From a bacterium (GTDB lineage: Bacteria; Krumholzibacteriota; Krumholzibacteriia; G020349025): DNA of 64,000 nucleotides. Positions 26,608 to 37,103 of this stretch are shown here, in pieces. Below the pieces are notes generated by a model. That model made no database searches. It had not been told where the DNA came from and saw nothing but the letters and a program-made list of their open reading frames with translations. The translations under genes were made by a program, and so were the position numbers. Every line of letters begins with the position of its first letter. Within the stretch, counting starts at the first letter, position 1. The DNA is taken from contig JANLSU010000006.1 of assembly GCA_031362565.1 (NCBI GenBank), forward strand, positions 1 through 64,000. Reading direction: 5' to 3'.

Positions 26608-28392
26608 TCATTTCGAGAGAACCATCTTCTTCGACTCCGCGAGCGTTCCTGCCCGCAGCCGATAGAAGTACACGCCTGATTTGGCCGCGGCGCCCTCGTC
26701 GTCGCGTCCATTCCACGTGACCTCGTGCGGACCGTAGCCGAGAACCTCGTTCACCAGTGTCCGCACCAGCCGCCCCTCTGCGTCGTAGATCGCAAGCGTC
26801 ACATCCTCGCGCCCCGGGAGCACGAAACCGATCGTCGTCGTGGGGTTGAACGGGTTCGGTCGGTTCTGCTCCAGTCTACGGGCGATCATTCCGACGGCGA
26901 CCGTCACGATCGGGGAGAAGAACTCTCCGTCCGTGTCTACGACGCCGATCTGGTAGCGGTACGTCTGACCCGGAACGACTTCACGATCCACATATTCGAA
27001 GCCGTCGCTCCGGACATCATCCGCGCGTCCGATGATCGTCAGCGGATCGCCGTCGGTGCCGAGGCCTCGATATACATTCACGGCCTCGACCCCGAGGTCG
27101 GGGCGGAACGTGCTTTGCAGCGTAACGACCCGATTCGCCAACACGGCGTCGAACGACAAGATCGCGACTGAGGTCTGCAGGGCGGCGAAGATTGCACGGG
27201 CCCGCGCCGGCTCTCCGGAGACGATGAACGCGGCAGCTTGGCTCAACAGCGCCATCACCGGCGCATCGCCATGGTGTGCTTTTCGCAGCCCGTAGAGGGT
27301 ATACGGCAGCGCCAAGTCTTCAGAAGTGTAGGGAAGCGCGTGGAACCCACGTGCAACATTCTGCACATATTCGAGGTACTGATAGCCGTATTCTTGCGTG
27401 GGCTCGATATTGGTCCCCTCATTGAAGTCGTTCCAGGTCACGATTTGAATGACCTGCGGGTGGGCCAGCAACGCACGATCCAGGGTCTCCGAAAAGGTCA
27501 GCCCATTGCGGGCGTCGAGGTAGCCGTACGAGGGCTGGACGCCGGCCTCCTGGTAAATGTCGTGGAAGCCGGGAACCGCGCCGCCCACCACGATGGGCCA
27601 CGTCGTGGCGCTCGAATAGAAATCGTCGAGGTACTGGTGGAGGACCTCGGGTGCCAAGACGCCCCCGACCGACAACCACATGGGCGGCCAAGGGAAAGCA
27701 CCGGCGGCGACCGTTCCAAGGCGATTGTTGAGCGGGAAGAACTGAGCACCGGCGCTGAACACGCTGAGGATCGCTGCCCAGGCCGGCTCGCTGTAAAAAT
27801 ACTGTGGGCCGAAATTCAACACGACCGGTTTCCCATCCAGCGTGAGGTAGGCGGGCTGGTTCGCCCAATGGTTGAGGACGTAGGTCATATCGCGCTGGCC
27901 CTGCTCAACGGCTTGGTCGGCGGTGATCCGACCGTTGTTGATCAGCTGGGTGATGGTCTGGTCTTCGTAACAAACAGCGAAGCGGAGGCCAGCCGCGGAG
28001 AGCGCGTTGAAGAGTTTGATCGTACCCGAATTGATCAGCGGATAATCGTAGAGGCTCGAGGATCCATCCCAATCCGCGATGGCGCCGTCGATCCCGGCCA
28101 CCTTCATCAGCAGCACGTGGTACTCGACCAAGTCGGCGTCGCGCGAATCGTACGGCCCGATGAGCGGATAATAGTGCGACGCGATCCTGCGACGTCCTTG
28201 CTCGTCGAAGGTTTCGGGGTTGTAGTGATTCATCGTCCAGTGCCATCCCCATGACCCCCCGAGAGCCTTGGATTGGTACATGGGCATGTAATGCACCATC
28301 AGGATCGGCGGCGGTGGTGGCGGCTCGGCAAAGAGGATAGTGGGCAGCGAGACGATTGCAAGCAGCGCGACGGCAGTCTTCAAAGGCGTCAT
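26608..28392 (-). CDS. Secreted GH71/GH99-like glycoside hydrolase + FlgD-Ig CTD
   Basis: VHYMP, IASHYYPLIGPYDSRD, AGIDG..DW, QIVTWNDFNEGT; PNPFNP CTD. Confidence 0.85.
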   Translation of the reverse strand: MTPLKTAVALLAIVSLPTILFAEPPPPPPILMVHYMPMYQSKALGGSWGWHWTMNHYNPETFDEQGRRRIASHYYPLIGPYDSRDADLVEYHVLLMKVAGIDGAIADWDGSSSLYDYPLINSGTIKLFNALSAAGLRFAVCYEDQTITQLINNGRITADQAVEQGQRDMTYVLNHWANQPAYLTLDGKPVVLNFGPQYFYSEPAWAAILSVFSAGAQFFPLNNRLGTVAAGAFPWPPMWLSVGGVLAPEVLHQYLDDFYSSATTWPIVVGGAVPGFHDIYQEAGVQPSYGYLDARNGLTFSETLDRALLAHPQVIQIVTWNDFNEGTNIEPTQEYGYQYLEYVQNVARGFHALPYTSEDLALPYTLYGLRKAHHGDAPVMALLSQAAAFIVSGEPARARAIFAALQTSVAILSFDAVLANRVVTLQSTFRPDLGVEAVNVYRGLGTDGDPLTIIGRADDVRSDGFEYVDREVVPGQTYRYQIGVVDTDGEFFSPIVTVAVGMIARRLEQNRPNPFNPTTTIGFVLPGREDVTLAIYDAEGRLVRTLVNEVLGYGPHEVTWNGRDDEGAAAKSGVYFYRLRAGTLAESKKMVLSK

Positions 28393-28543
28393 GGCGGCCT
28401 CCACTGGAGAGCCTTGAGCGTAGCCCCTTTCCAGCCCGTTCCCTACGAACTTGTTATTCGCCGTCGATGAGGTTGGGCAGAAATGCAGCGGCGTGCGTCG
28501 GCGAAGTGGTTCGAATTACGGACCCTGGCATGCGGTTAAGATG

Positions 28544-28575
28544 GGCCTCCTGCCACTCGGGCGTGACAGGAGGCC
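28544..28575 (-). terminator. Hairpin after the stub ending at 28595
   Basis: GGCCTCCTG..CAGGAGGCC 9-bp stem. Confidence 0.5.
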
Positions 28576-28594
28576 TTGGCGTGGCCGGTCGGGA

Positions 28595-28970
28595 TCAACG
28601 GAACAAGGACTTGATCTCGCCCCACGGGCGGTTTTCGACGCCCAATACCGTGCAAGGCACTTCGGCCCCGGTGTCATCCACGAGGCGCAGGCCGCAGGCG
28701 GCGTTGGAACTACCGTTTTGGAGCCCGTCATCGATGAGGTCGTTGTTGGTATTCTGGCCTTTCGTGACGTATGCCACGATCGTCGTGTTGCACGCCCCAT
28801 CCGGTGGGATGAACGTAAACGCATAGTCGGAGGAGGTACCGATCCGTGTCCCGACGACCACAGTGTGTCCGAAGTCCGTACTCTTGACGATCACCGAGAT
28901 CGTCGCCGGGTAGGGCCCGCCCAAGTCCGCCGCGGCGATGCCGCGAATTTCCGCGGCGACGGGGCTGTGG
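28595..28970 (-). pseudogene. 3' portion of a secreted-protein gene with WGxIK tail
   Basis: ..VPCTVLGVENRPWGEIKSLFR*; 5' end lost near the brnT/A remnant, boundary approximate. Confidence 0.7.
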
Positions 28971-29013
28971 CAAGGACGTTGTAGTGTGTCGGCGTCGTTG
29001 TGGCGCCTGCAAC

Positions 29014-29191
29014 GAAGACTTGTTACTCGGCAGGTCGGATCGAGGTAGACCGCTTGTTGTAGCGTTCGCGGGAGCGCCCACCGCAGACACGCCTGATCTC
29101 TGCTGTACAGGCGACACCTCGTGAGCGCAGATCCTATGAAGAGGCCTAGCCGCAGACGTGAATCAACGGACCGCGATACGGTGTTGCGGCC
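29014..29191 (+). pseudogene. Second, frameshifted brnT 3'/brnA 5' remnant
   Basis: 29037-29191 closely matches 19233-19385. Confidence 0.85.
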
Positions 29192-29216
29192 GGCTTGCGT
29201 CCGGTGAATGCCCGCG

Positions 29217-30956
29217 TCAGTGGGAGCCCGCAGCGGTCGTTCGCGCGGCGGATGTCGTAGCGGCCAGGTACTTGCGGGCGTGAGACAACTCGACGCGCAG
29301 GCCATCCGCGCCGGCGGTCTGCCTCGTGAGTCGCTCGTAGCTCCGGCGGGCGAGCTTGTGGTCGCCCAGTTGCTCCGCCGAAAGCGCCGCTCCGTACAAC
29401 CCCCTGAATCGCGCCGGGTAGATCTTGAGCGCCGCATCGTAGGCCGCCAGGGCTTCCTTGGGCCGCTTGACCGCCAGCAGCAGCTCACCGAGCTGTTCCC
29501 GCGCCGGCACCAGCGCCCCCGGAGTGACGGGGTGCTTGCCGAGAGCATCTTCCGCGTCAGCCGCGGCGCGCATCAGGGCGACGGCTTCGTCGCTGCGACC
29601 CTCGGCGTGGGCCAACCAGGCGGAAGCGACCTGCATCTGCAGCTCGAGGTGTTTCTTGAAGTAGTCGAACTTCGGATCCGTGGTGGCATCGCGCAGCTCG
29701 CGCATCCGGTCGAGAGCCTCGTGCGCACCTTTGATGTCGGCGGTACGCGCACGGCCGAGGGCGTGCGCATATTCGAACAACGCCTCCACGAACGGATAGT
29801 GCGTCCATTGCGGCCGCGGCGGAATCGGCAGCGCCGCCGCCTCGGCCCAGGCGTTGCGCTCCAGCGCAAAGCGCGCCGGCATCGCGCCCAACGCGTAGGC
29901 GCCGACGAACTCGAACTCCGGATAGGTCGTGCGGACGCTCGCGACGGTATCCAGAAGTTGCTTGGCTGCGACATCGCGCGCTTCTTGTAGGTAGGAGTAC
30001 ATCATGTAATCGAGGGCATGCAGCTCCTCGACCTCCGTCGCGGAGCGATGACGCTGCGCGGCGTAAGCGCGCGACGCCTCCGCCGAGGCCTGGTTGGTCG
30101 CCACCGCCTCGTCCCACATGCCCAGGCGAGTAAAGATGTGAGATGGCATGTGCAGGGCATGAGGCACCCACGGCGCGATCGCGGCGTAGCCTTGCGCCGC
30201 CGGCAGGGCGCGTCGGGCCAGCGCCGGGTAGTCATAGCTGTGAATCAGATAATGCGCGACGCCCGGATGCTGCGGGTTCTGCTCCCACAGCTTCTCCAGC
30301 ATCGCGCCCGCGGCTCTCTGGTTCGAGAGCGACGTGTCGGTGGGTGTCGCATACCCCACGGCCAGCACGGCCAACGCATAGAAGATCTGCGTCTCGAAAT
30401 CTCGCGGGAACTGATCGTAGACTTTGCGCATGGCCCGTTCGTACGCCACGACCCGATCCTTCGGCCCGACCGGGCCATGGCAGGACTGGCCGACAGGACC
30501 CGCGGCGGCCGCTTCCGGTGAGTCGTAGTAAGCGTTGATCGCGGCGATGAAGCCGCGCTCGCGCGGTGTGGCATCGAGCGCTGCGGCGCGCTTGGCGGCT
30601 GCGCGCCCTGCTTCCATCTCTTCGGACGACGGCGGCGTCCAGATGGGATGCCACCAGGTCTGGGCGATACCCCACTGCGCCATCGCGCAGGTGGAATCCC
30701 GCTCCGCAATCGCGGTAAAGATGCGTCGCGCCTCCTCGTAGAAGAACGAGTGGAGCAGCGCAACACCGCGCACGAATTCCGGTTGCATCGCGGGGTCGCA
30801 GGAGGTCGGAAAGTCCACCACCCCCGCCGAGCGCAGATCGCCCGGCACGAGGGGTTCCCCGGGCGGTGTGCCGCCAACAGCCGCTGAGACGTGGGTACCC
30901 AGCAGCAGCGCTGTCGCGCCGACGGCGATGCCGTGAAAGCGTGGGTTTCGAGCCAT
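29217..30956 (-). CDS. Exported TPR-like helical protein
   Basis: Signal peptide; GVVDFPTSC..GVALLHSF; HPGVAHYLIH; HALHMPSHIF. Confidence 0.8.
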   Translation of the reverse strand: MARNPRFHGIAVGATALLLGTHVSAAVGGTPPGEPLVPGDLRSAGVVDFPTSCDPAMQPEFVRGVALLHSFFYEEARRIFTAIAERDSTCAMAQWGIAQTWWHPIWTPPSSEEMEAGRAAAKRAAALDATPRERGFIAAINAYYDSPEAAAAGPVGQSCHGPVGPKDRVVAYERAMRKVYDQFPRDFETQIFYALAVLAVGYATPTDTSLSNQRAAGAMLEKLWEQNPQHPGVAHYLIHSYDYPALARRALPAAQGYAAIAPWVPHALHMPSHIFTRLGMWDEAVATNQASAEASRAYAAQRHRSATEVEELHALDYMMYSYLQEARDVAAKQLLDTVASVRTTYPEFEFVGAYALGAMPARFALERNAWAEAAALPIPPRPQWTHYPFVEALFEYAHALGRARTADIKGAHEALDRMRELRDATTDPKFDYFKKHLELQMQVASAWLAHAEGRSDEAVALMRAAADAEDALGKHPVTPGALVPAREQLGELLLAVKRPKEALAAYDAALKIYPARFRGLYGAALSAEQLGDHKLARRSYERLTRQTAGADGLRVELSHARKYLAATTSAARTTAAGSH

Positions 30957-31159
30957 GGCCAGTACCTCCCCGAGTTCGCGCCCACAGAGGATCCCGTGGA
31001 CAACGCAGCGTGTCAAGGCTGCTGGCAGCGACAGTGCCCCTCGGCGGTCACTTCACCGCGGTCCTTTCGGCGCGACGGGTGACCTCCGCGGCTGCGGCCA
31101 CGCGATGACGGTCGATTGCAGTCTCCTGCTGCTCCACGAGCTAGCCGTGCGAGAGCCGT

Positions 31160-31450
31160 TCACCCGCGATCCACGTGACCGGGATTTGATGCATCATGGT
31201 AATCGGCCATGAACAATCGGCCCAGGGTCGAAACCTCAATCTCGTGAGGACCGCTGTCAGAGACATCGTCTAACCATCGGTCCTCTTCCTTGATGACCCA
31301 GACTATCCAGCAATCTGTGTCGGTCTCAACCAGGTAGATGTGATCGGGTGTAGGCTGTTCCATCGCTTCGCACTCTCGCTGCGTCGATATCCAGATACTT
31401 CCCGCATCGGCAAGGGTATCGTTCGATTCGAAGACGGATGCGTTCTTGCC
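31160..31450 (-). other. Possible gene fragment (acidic hypothetical)
   Basis: Lower-GC stretch with a protein-like acidic/aromatic translation and no clear start. Confidence 0.3.
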
Positions 31451-31587
31451 GGAGCTCCTCAAGGGCCGCCGGGACCTTAGGCCGAATAAAAAATCTTCCG
31501 TCCCTGCGTGGCCAGCGCACAACATGAGCTTCGAAGGGCAAACCGGAAATCATTGCCTTGGCTTCATGCTGCGGTGCGGTCCGCGGA

Positions 31588-31618
31588 GGACGCCCTTTCG
31601 GACAGAGGATTTTAAGTC
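31588..31618 (-). mobile_element. Displaced tRNA-Leu fragment (attR-like core)
   Basis: 29/31 nt identical to 37622-37652 (anticodon loop + variable arm). Confidence 0.85.
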
Positions 31619-31731
31619 GTGTGGCCGATGTCCCGACCTATCCCTGCCCCTCTCATGCAGTCTTGTCCTGTAGGCGCTTGCGAGAATCGTCCTCCCGCCA
31701 TGTCCCGGCCGATCTCGGCCCGTCCCTCAAG

Positions 31732-31753
31732 GTGGACAAGCAAGAGACAAGCA
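31732..31753 (+). repeat. Putative integrase arm-type tandem site, copy 1
   Basis: GTGGACAAGCAagaGACAAGCA; 20/22 identical to 34886-34907; about 115 bp from the tRNA fragment. Confidence 0.6.
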
Positions 31754-32327
31754 AGACCCGCCGCGCCGCGACTCGCTGCGCGCCGATCCACTTTTTTTCT
31801 GTCTGTCACACGCACTACCACGCCGCGCCGCGCAGGCCAACAACCGCTGGCGCACGTCCGCTGACGTGTGCAAAGTCCGCAAACGCCCGCCGCTTGCATC
31901 GCCGCACGACGACGAGTAGGCTCAATGCCACAAGGTCCCGAGTCGCCGACAATAACCTAATCTTGCCGGGGCGAATGTCTGTTAGCCAGAAAAGTCGCCG
32001 ATGCATCGACGCTTTGTCGGCCTGAGTCTGCTGTTTGCCACAGGTGCGCTAGCTGGAAGGCCAGCGTTCCCGCGTCTCGGCGCCCGGGTATGGGATGCGA
32101 CTTATGACTCCCGACAGTGTGGCCGCAGAGATTTCCAGCCGAGGCTGTTGTAACTGGAGCAAGGTGATTCTTCTGCACCGGCGGGATCGCGCCGCCAGTG
32201 CTTTGCCAAGTTGGGGCACACCGCCACACAGAAGCCCTTGCGGGCAATGAGTGTATTCCCGACGAAAGGCAGCGCGGGATCACAGGCGTCTTGTGTCTAA
32301 CAGCGCGTCGCACGCGCTGGGCGCTGG

Positions 32328-32387
32328 GTCTTGTGGATCGTCGATGTAGGGACAGGCGAACAGCGCCAGCTCACCTCGAAGCGGCCT
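32328..32387 (+). pseudogene. 3' stub of a paralogue of the TolB-like gene
   Basis: VLWIVDVGTGEQRQLTSKRP vs VLWTVDLRTGVETQLTTKWP (36988-37047). Confidence 0.6.
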
Positions 32388-32434
32388 TCTCGCTGTTCGG
32401 GGTTCGCGGTTCGCTGATGTGACACGGGGGCGAC

Positions 32435-34810
32435 ATGCTCGCATCCATTTCGCTCAGACTGCGGCGCGCAGCGATCGCCTTCGCCGGCGCAGCCATTCTC
32501 GCCGTGCTCGTGCCTCTGTCCGCCGTGGCCGACGAGTTGACCCCCGCCCTCGTCGACTCGCTCAATCTGTCGTTCGAGAAAGCGGACCCACCGGACCGTT
32601 GGTCGGCTGGGGTCACCGGACACGGACCGCTCAACACCACGAACGGCTACGAGATCACCGCGGACGCGCAAGTAGCCCACGACGGAGCGCGGAGCCTGCG
32701 GCTCTCGGGCTCTGGGAAATCTGCGGCGGCCTCGACGGTGTTGCCGCTCGCGGCGGTCCGTGGCAAGTGGGTGCGGCTCTCCGGTTGGATTCGGACGCGG
32801 GACGTGACGGGCTTTGGTGGTCTGTGGATGCGCGTTGACGGGACGCCTCGCACCGGAACACTCGCGTTCGACAACATGCACGAGCGAGGGCCGAAGGGGA
32901 CGACCGAGTGGGCGCACTACGAAGTGGAACCGATGCTCGTCACGGTCGACGCGCGCGGGATCGTCATTGGGGCCATCCTAAACGGCGGCGGCATGATGTG
33001 GGCCGACGGGTTGAGCGTCGCCGTGTCGGATACCGACCCGCGCCCTGTTGTCGACGTGCACGGCGTCGTGCGTGACGCGGCCGGCAAGCCAGTCGCTGGA
33101 GCCTGGGTCGCCGCCATTCACGGCAGCGAGCCGCGGCCCGCAAAGGTCGTTCGGACTGGATCCGACGGAGCGTTCGCAGCGCAACTGACAGCCGATCCCT
33201 GGGCCTTCACCGCCACAAGCGACGCTGGAATCGCAACCTACCAGGCAGCGGGGCCGATCGCGACTGGAACGGCGGTCGAGTTGGTGCTCGGAGCGAAGGG
33301 ATTCACCATTACCGGGCGGCTGGTGACGGATGTTGCGTTGCCACCGGACATGGCAGTGTATGCGACGCGCCTGAGTAAGGACGAGGGCGATATCTTCGTG
33401 ACCTACCCAGATGCGCGCGGCCGCTACCGTCTTCGATTGCCGGTGGCTCTCGGCTACACACTCGAGGCTCTGGGGTCCGGGGTGTCTAGTCCGCGGATGC
33501 CGCTCGCTAAGATAGCCGACCAAGTGCTCGACATCGAGGTCGCCGTACCGGGTCCGCCGCCCGAGGACGTCGTGCGCTGGGTCGCAAGAACCGCGATTCC
33601 ACTCACTACCGTGGAGGCGGGACACGGCTTCGACGATATGCGACCCCTCGACAAGCTCGTCGGGGGTGCGCGCATCGTGGCGCTCGGCGAGGCGACACAC
33701 GGCACGCGCGAGTTCTTCCAAATGAAACACCGGATGCTCGAGTACTTGGTCGAGAAGAAGGGATTTCGCATCTTCGCCATCGAAGCCAACTTGCCCGAGG
33801 CGCGGCGCGTGAACGAGTACGTGTTGCACGGTACGGGCAGCGCCACGGCCGCACTGTCGGGGATGTACTTCTGGACCTGGGACACCGAAGAAGTGCTGGC
33901 GCTCATCGAATGGATGCGCGCCTACAACATGGACCCCGCGCACGACGCCCCGGTGCAGTTCATGGGGTTCGACATGCAGATCGCCCGCGTCGCCCTGACG
34001 AACGTGCGTACCTTTTTCGCCGAGTACGATTCTGCATTCATCGACACCTTGCCGGCACGCCTCACACCCTTCGCCTTCGACGGAGCCGAGGGGTGGAAGA
34101 ACCTCGACCCGGCGAAGCGATCCAAGCTGCGCACGACGGCCGGCGCTATCGTCGCGCGGCTCGATACGGAACGCACGCGCTACTCGAAAATGGCGGGTGC
34201 CGCAGCGTGGCGCGCCGCGCGGGAAGACGCGCGCGTCATTGCGCAAGCCGCGGCGAAGTGGGACGCACAAAATGACCAAGGTTTCACGAGCGGATTCAAT
34301 ATTCGTGACGCTGCAATGGCCGAAAATGTTGCCTGGATGCTCGAACAGGCTGGCCCGAAGAGCAAGATCGTGTTGTGGGCGCATAACAGCCATATCGCGT
34401 TCGAAATGCCGGAGTTCATCAACATGGGTTCGCAGCTGCAGGCGAAATACCATACTGATTACCTGACCATGGGCTTCGTTTTCGCCGCGGGAAGTTTCCA
34501 AGCTAACGGCGGGGACGCGTCGCCAGCGTTGCAAGTCTTCGACCTGGGTCCGGCGCCGGTGACCGACGTCAGCGCCGCCTTCACGCGCGCCGGCGAAGCG
34601 CTCTGCATCGTCGACCTGCGCCATGTCCCCCCCGGTCCGGTCGCTCGCTGGTTCGAAGCCGCGCATCCGATGCGTGAGCTGGGGGCGGGGTTCGCCGGCG
34701 AGGAATTCGCCACACACGATCAATCACTGGCGCGTCGATTCAGCGCCGTCATCTTCGTCGCCCAAACCACCGCCGCGCGGGCCAATCCTAGCGGCCGGCG
34801 GGACCACTGA
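32435..34810 (+). CDS. Exported erythromycin-esterase-family protein with N-terminal jelly-roll and carboxypeptidase-regulatory-like domains
   Basis: IVALGEATHGTREF, FWTW, GFDMQ, RDAAMAENV, LWAHNSH; signal peptide. Confidence 0.88.
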   Translation: MLASISLRLRRAAIAFAGAAILAVLVPLSAVADELTPALVDSLNLSFEKADPPDRWSAGVTGHGPLNTTNGYEITADAQVAHDGARSLRLSGSGKSAAASTVLPLAAVRGKWVRLSGWIRTRDVTGFGGLWMRVDGTPRTGTLAFDNMHERGPKGTTEWAHYEVEPMLVTVDARGIVIGAILNGGGMMWADGLSVAVSDTDPRPVVDVHGVVRDAAGKPVAGAWVAAIHGSEPRPAKVVRTGSDGAFAAQLTADPWAFTATSDAGIATYQAAGPIATGTAVELVLGAKGFTITGRLVTDVALPPDMAVYATRLSKDEGDIFVTYPDARGRYRLRLPVALGYTLEALGSGVSSPRMPLAKIADQVLDIEVAVPGPPPEDVVRWVARTAIPLTTVEAGHGFDDMRPLDKLVGGARIVALGEATHGTREFFQMKHRMLEYLVEKKGFRIFAIEANLPEARRVNEYVLHGTGSATAALSGMYFWTWDTEEVLALIEWMRAYNMDPAHDAPVQFMGFDMQIARVALTNVRTFFAEYDSAFIDTLPARLTPFAFDGAEGWKNLDPAKRSKLRTTAGAIVARLDTERTRYSKMAGAAAWRAAREDARVIAQAAAKWDAQNDQGFTSGFNIRDAAMAENVAWMLEQAGPKSKIVLWAHNSHIAFEMPEFINMGSQLQAKYHTDYLTMGFVFAAGSFQANGGDASPALQVFDLGPAPVTDVSAAFTRAGEALCIVDLRHVPPGPVARWFEAAHPMRELGAGFAGEEFATHDQSLARRFSAVIFVAQTTAARANPSGRRDH

Positions 34811-34885
34811 TGGCGGGAACCGCGACCGCGAGTTACGCGCCATGCGGAACGCGCTTCAGCCACGTGTCTCTGCCCGCCCAGCGGA

Positions 34886-34907
34886 GTGGACAAGCAAAGG
34901 ACAAGCA
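34886..34907 (+). repeat. Putative integrase arm-type tandem site, copy 2
   Basis: GTGGACAAGCAaagGACAAGCA. Confidence 0.6.
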
Positions 34908-34990
34908 GGGAATTCGGGACGGCTTCGATCGCTATCGGTCCAGGAGACCGGCCTTGTTGTCGGGGGCTACTTGGGTGCATTGTGTCGACC

Positions 34991-35385
34991 GTGAAGCGCA
35001 AGAAGACCACCGCAATGCGAACTGAACTGGGCTATGACGCCGTGCTCGCGGACGTGGTTCGTCTCGGTCAGGACGCTCGTCGTGTCGCTGCACGGTCAGT
35101 CAACAGCGTCATGACGGCCGTGTATTGGGAAATCGGGCGTCGCATCATTGAACACGAGCAGGGCGGCTCCAAGCGCGCCGCGTACGGTGCGGCGCTACTT
35201 GCACGGCTCTCCGTCGACCTCACGAACCGTTTCGGGCGGGGCTTCTCCGTGGACCGGCTCGAGACCGCCCGTCTTTTCTACCTGGCATACTCGGCCCCCT
35301 CGATTTCCGCGCCAATGTCGCGGAAATCGCTGGCCGGCAATTCCGCGACGCCGTCGCGGATTTTGCTCAGTCTGCCCGCGACCCG
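34991..35385 (+). pseudogene. DUF1016 (YhcG) N-terminal domain; nuclease domain missing
   Basis: AARSVNSVMTAVYWEIGRRIIEHEQGG..YG..LS.DLT.RFGRGFS; similarity ends near 35385. Confidence 0.82.
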
Positions 35386-35389
35386 TTTT

Positions 35390-35994
35390 GCGATACCTAC
35401 TACACCGAGAAAATCGAAGTGCGACGGACCGTCACATTTCCGATTCCGTTCCAGAGCACCCCGTACGTCTGGGGCCGCGGGGAAGCGACAGTCGGGTACA
35501 ATCAGGACGCGGCTCAGTATGCTCTGGGCTTCTGTGAGGCTGTGCCCGGTACGACTACATCAACGGGGGCGACGCTTCGAACGTACGTCTACCGGTATGT
35601 GACCGCCGGAGGTGGTCATATCGCCTGGTTCCCGGTGAATCCAGGCAGCGTACAGTTCGCGTACACGGCGCTGGGGCAGCTCCGTCCGACGGATGCTGGT
35701 GACCAAGACGATGTTGCATCGTCCGCAGTGCAGTTCTCCGTTGGGAACCCACTGCGTAGCGATGGCGTTCTATTCGTATCGGTACCGAACAATATGGTGA
35801 CCGCACTGCGGGTCTACAACGTCGTCGGCGCTCATGTCGCCACATTGCAGCAAGGCGAACTTCGTGCCGGGCGGCACGAGATTCGCTGGAGCGGACACAG
35901 TAGCAACGGGGCCCCGCTGCCCTCCGGGATCTACCTTGCGAAGCTAGAGACGCCACTGAGAACGATCATGCGAAAGCTGCTGGTTCTCCAGTAG
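35390..35994 (+). pseudogene. 3' portion of a secreted protein with FlgD-Ig CTD
   Basis: RVYNVVG..GRHEIRW..LPSGIYLAKL CTD; no signal peptide; abuts the DUF1016 fragment. Confidence 0.7.
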
Positions 35995-36060
35995 CGAGCA
36001 CTGGATGGCTGGAGAGGGCGAGTGCTTCGCCCTTTCCAGCCGACATATTTGAAGGGGTTC

Positions 36061-37065
36061 ATGCGATCAGGTCGGCGCCGAGAGCACCGATTGTTCCTGC
36101 TCCTCGCGGCAGGCGTCGTCCTTTCCTGTGACGACAATACCCGCCCGCCGCCACCCGGTGACTCTTCGGAATGCGTGCCGGGGCACAACGAGTTCGACTT
36201 CCCGATGCATCACCAACACCCTGCGTGGTCTCGGCAGGGGCTCGTTGCGTTCCAAGATGCGGGTATCGTCATGGTTGACTCGTCTGGCGTCTATGACACC
36301 GACTCGTCGTTGGCCGGACTGTGGGTGCTCAATCCGACCACCGGAGTACGGCGACGCATTACTCCCTATGGACGCGCACCGACGTGGTCGCCGGATGGGA
36401 CGAAGATCGCGTTTTCCGTCGGGCAGATTTTCACGGTGAATCCCGATGGGACCGCGCTTCGGCAACTCACCTTTCTTGGTGCTCACCACTTTCCTTCGTG
36501 GAGTCCTTCTGGGGACTTGATCGCGTACGACGACGCACAGCATCTGTGGATCATGCGCGGGGACGGCACGAACCCACAGAATATTGGACTGGTGGAACAG
36601 CCGCAAGGTTCGCGAATGCCGAGTTGGAATCCCAACGGGACGAAGATCGTTTACATCGGGTATGTCGACGCAACGTTCCCTACGTCGCGCGCGGAGGTTT
36701 TCGTGATGGATGCGTCGGGCACCAACGCGGTGCGGATAACCACCAACGAGACCGATGACACGTTCCCGGTGTTCTCACCAGATGGGCGAAGTATTGCATA
36801 CAGCGGCCAGTTTCTTGATGGCACCATCCCCGACTATCTGCTTCCGCAGATCTGGGTAGTGAGTGCTGATGGTGGCGGCGTCCGGCAACTTACCGCTCAC
36901 GGCGGCTATCATCCTTCCTGGTCCTCGAACGGCTTGATGATTGTCTACACTCGAGAGAATGCCATTTGCGACATCCCGGGAAATGGCGTTCTGTGGACGG
37001 TCGATCTCCGAACGGGTGTCGAGACGCAGCTGACGACGAAATGGCCCGAGCAGTCCCTGCAGTAG
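36061..37065 (+). CDS. TolB-like PD40 beta-propeller lipoprotein
   Basis: Lipobox VLSC; repeated P.WSPDG..IA[FY]. Confidence 0.88.
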   Translation: MRSGRRREHRLFLLLAAGVVLSCDDNTRPPPPGDSSECVPGHNEFDFPMHHQHPAWSRQGLVAFQDAGIVMVDSSGVYDTDSSLAGLWVLNPTTGVRRRITPYGRAPTWSPDGTKIAFSVGQIFTVNPDGTALRQLTFLGAHHFPSWSPSGDLIAYDDAQHLWIMRGDGTNPQNIGLVEQPQGSRMPSWNPNGTKIVYIGYVDATFPTSRAEVFVMDASGTNAVRITTNETDDTFPVFSPDGRSIAYSGQFLDGTIPDYLLPQIWVVSADGGGVRQLTAHGGYHPSWSSNGLMIVYTRENAICDIPGNGVLWTVDLRTGVETQLTTKWPEQSLQ

Positions 37066-37073
37066 GGACGAAA

Positions 37074-37103
37074 TCCCCGGCGGCAAGGAAGCACTGCCGG
37101 GGA
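37074..37103 (+). terminator. Hairpin after the TolB-like gene
   Basis: TCCCCGGCGG..CTGCCGGGGA. Confidence 0.5.
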
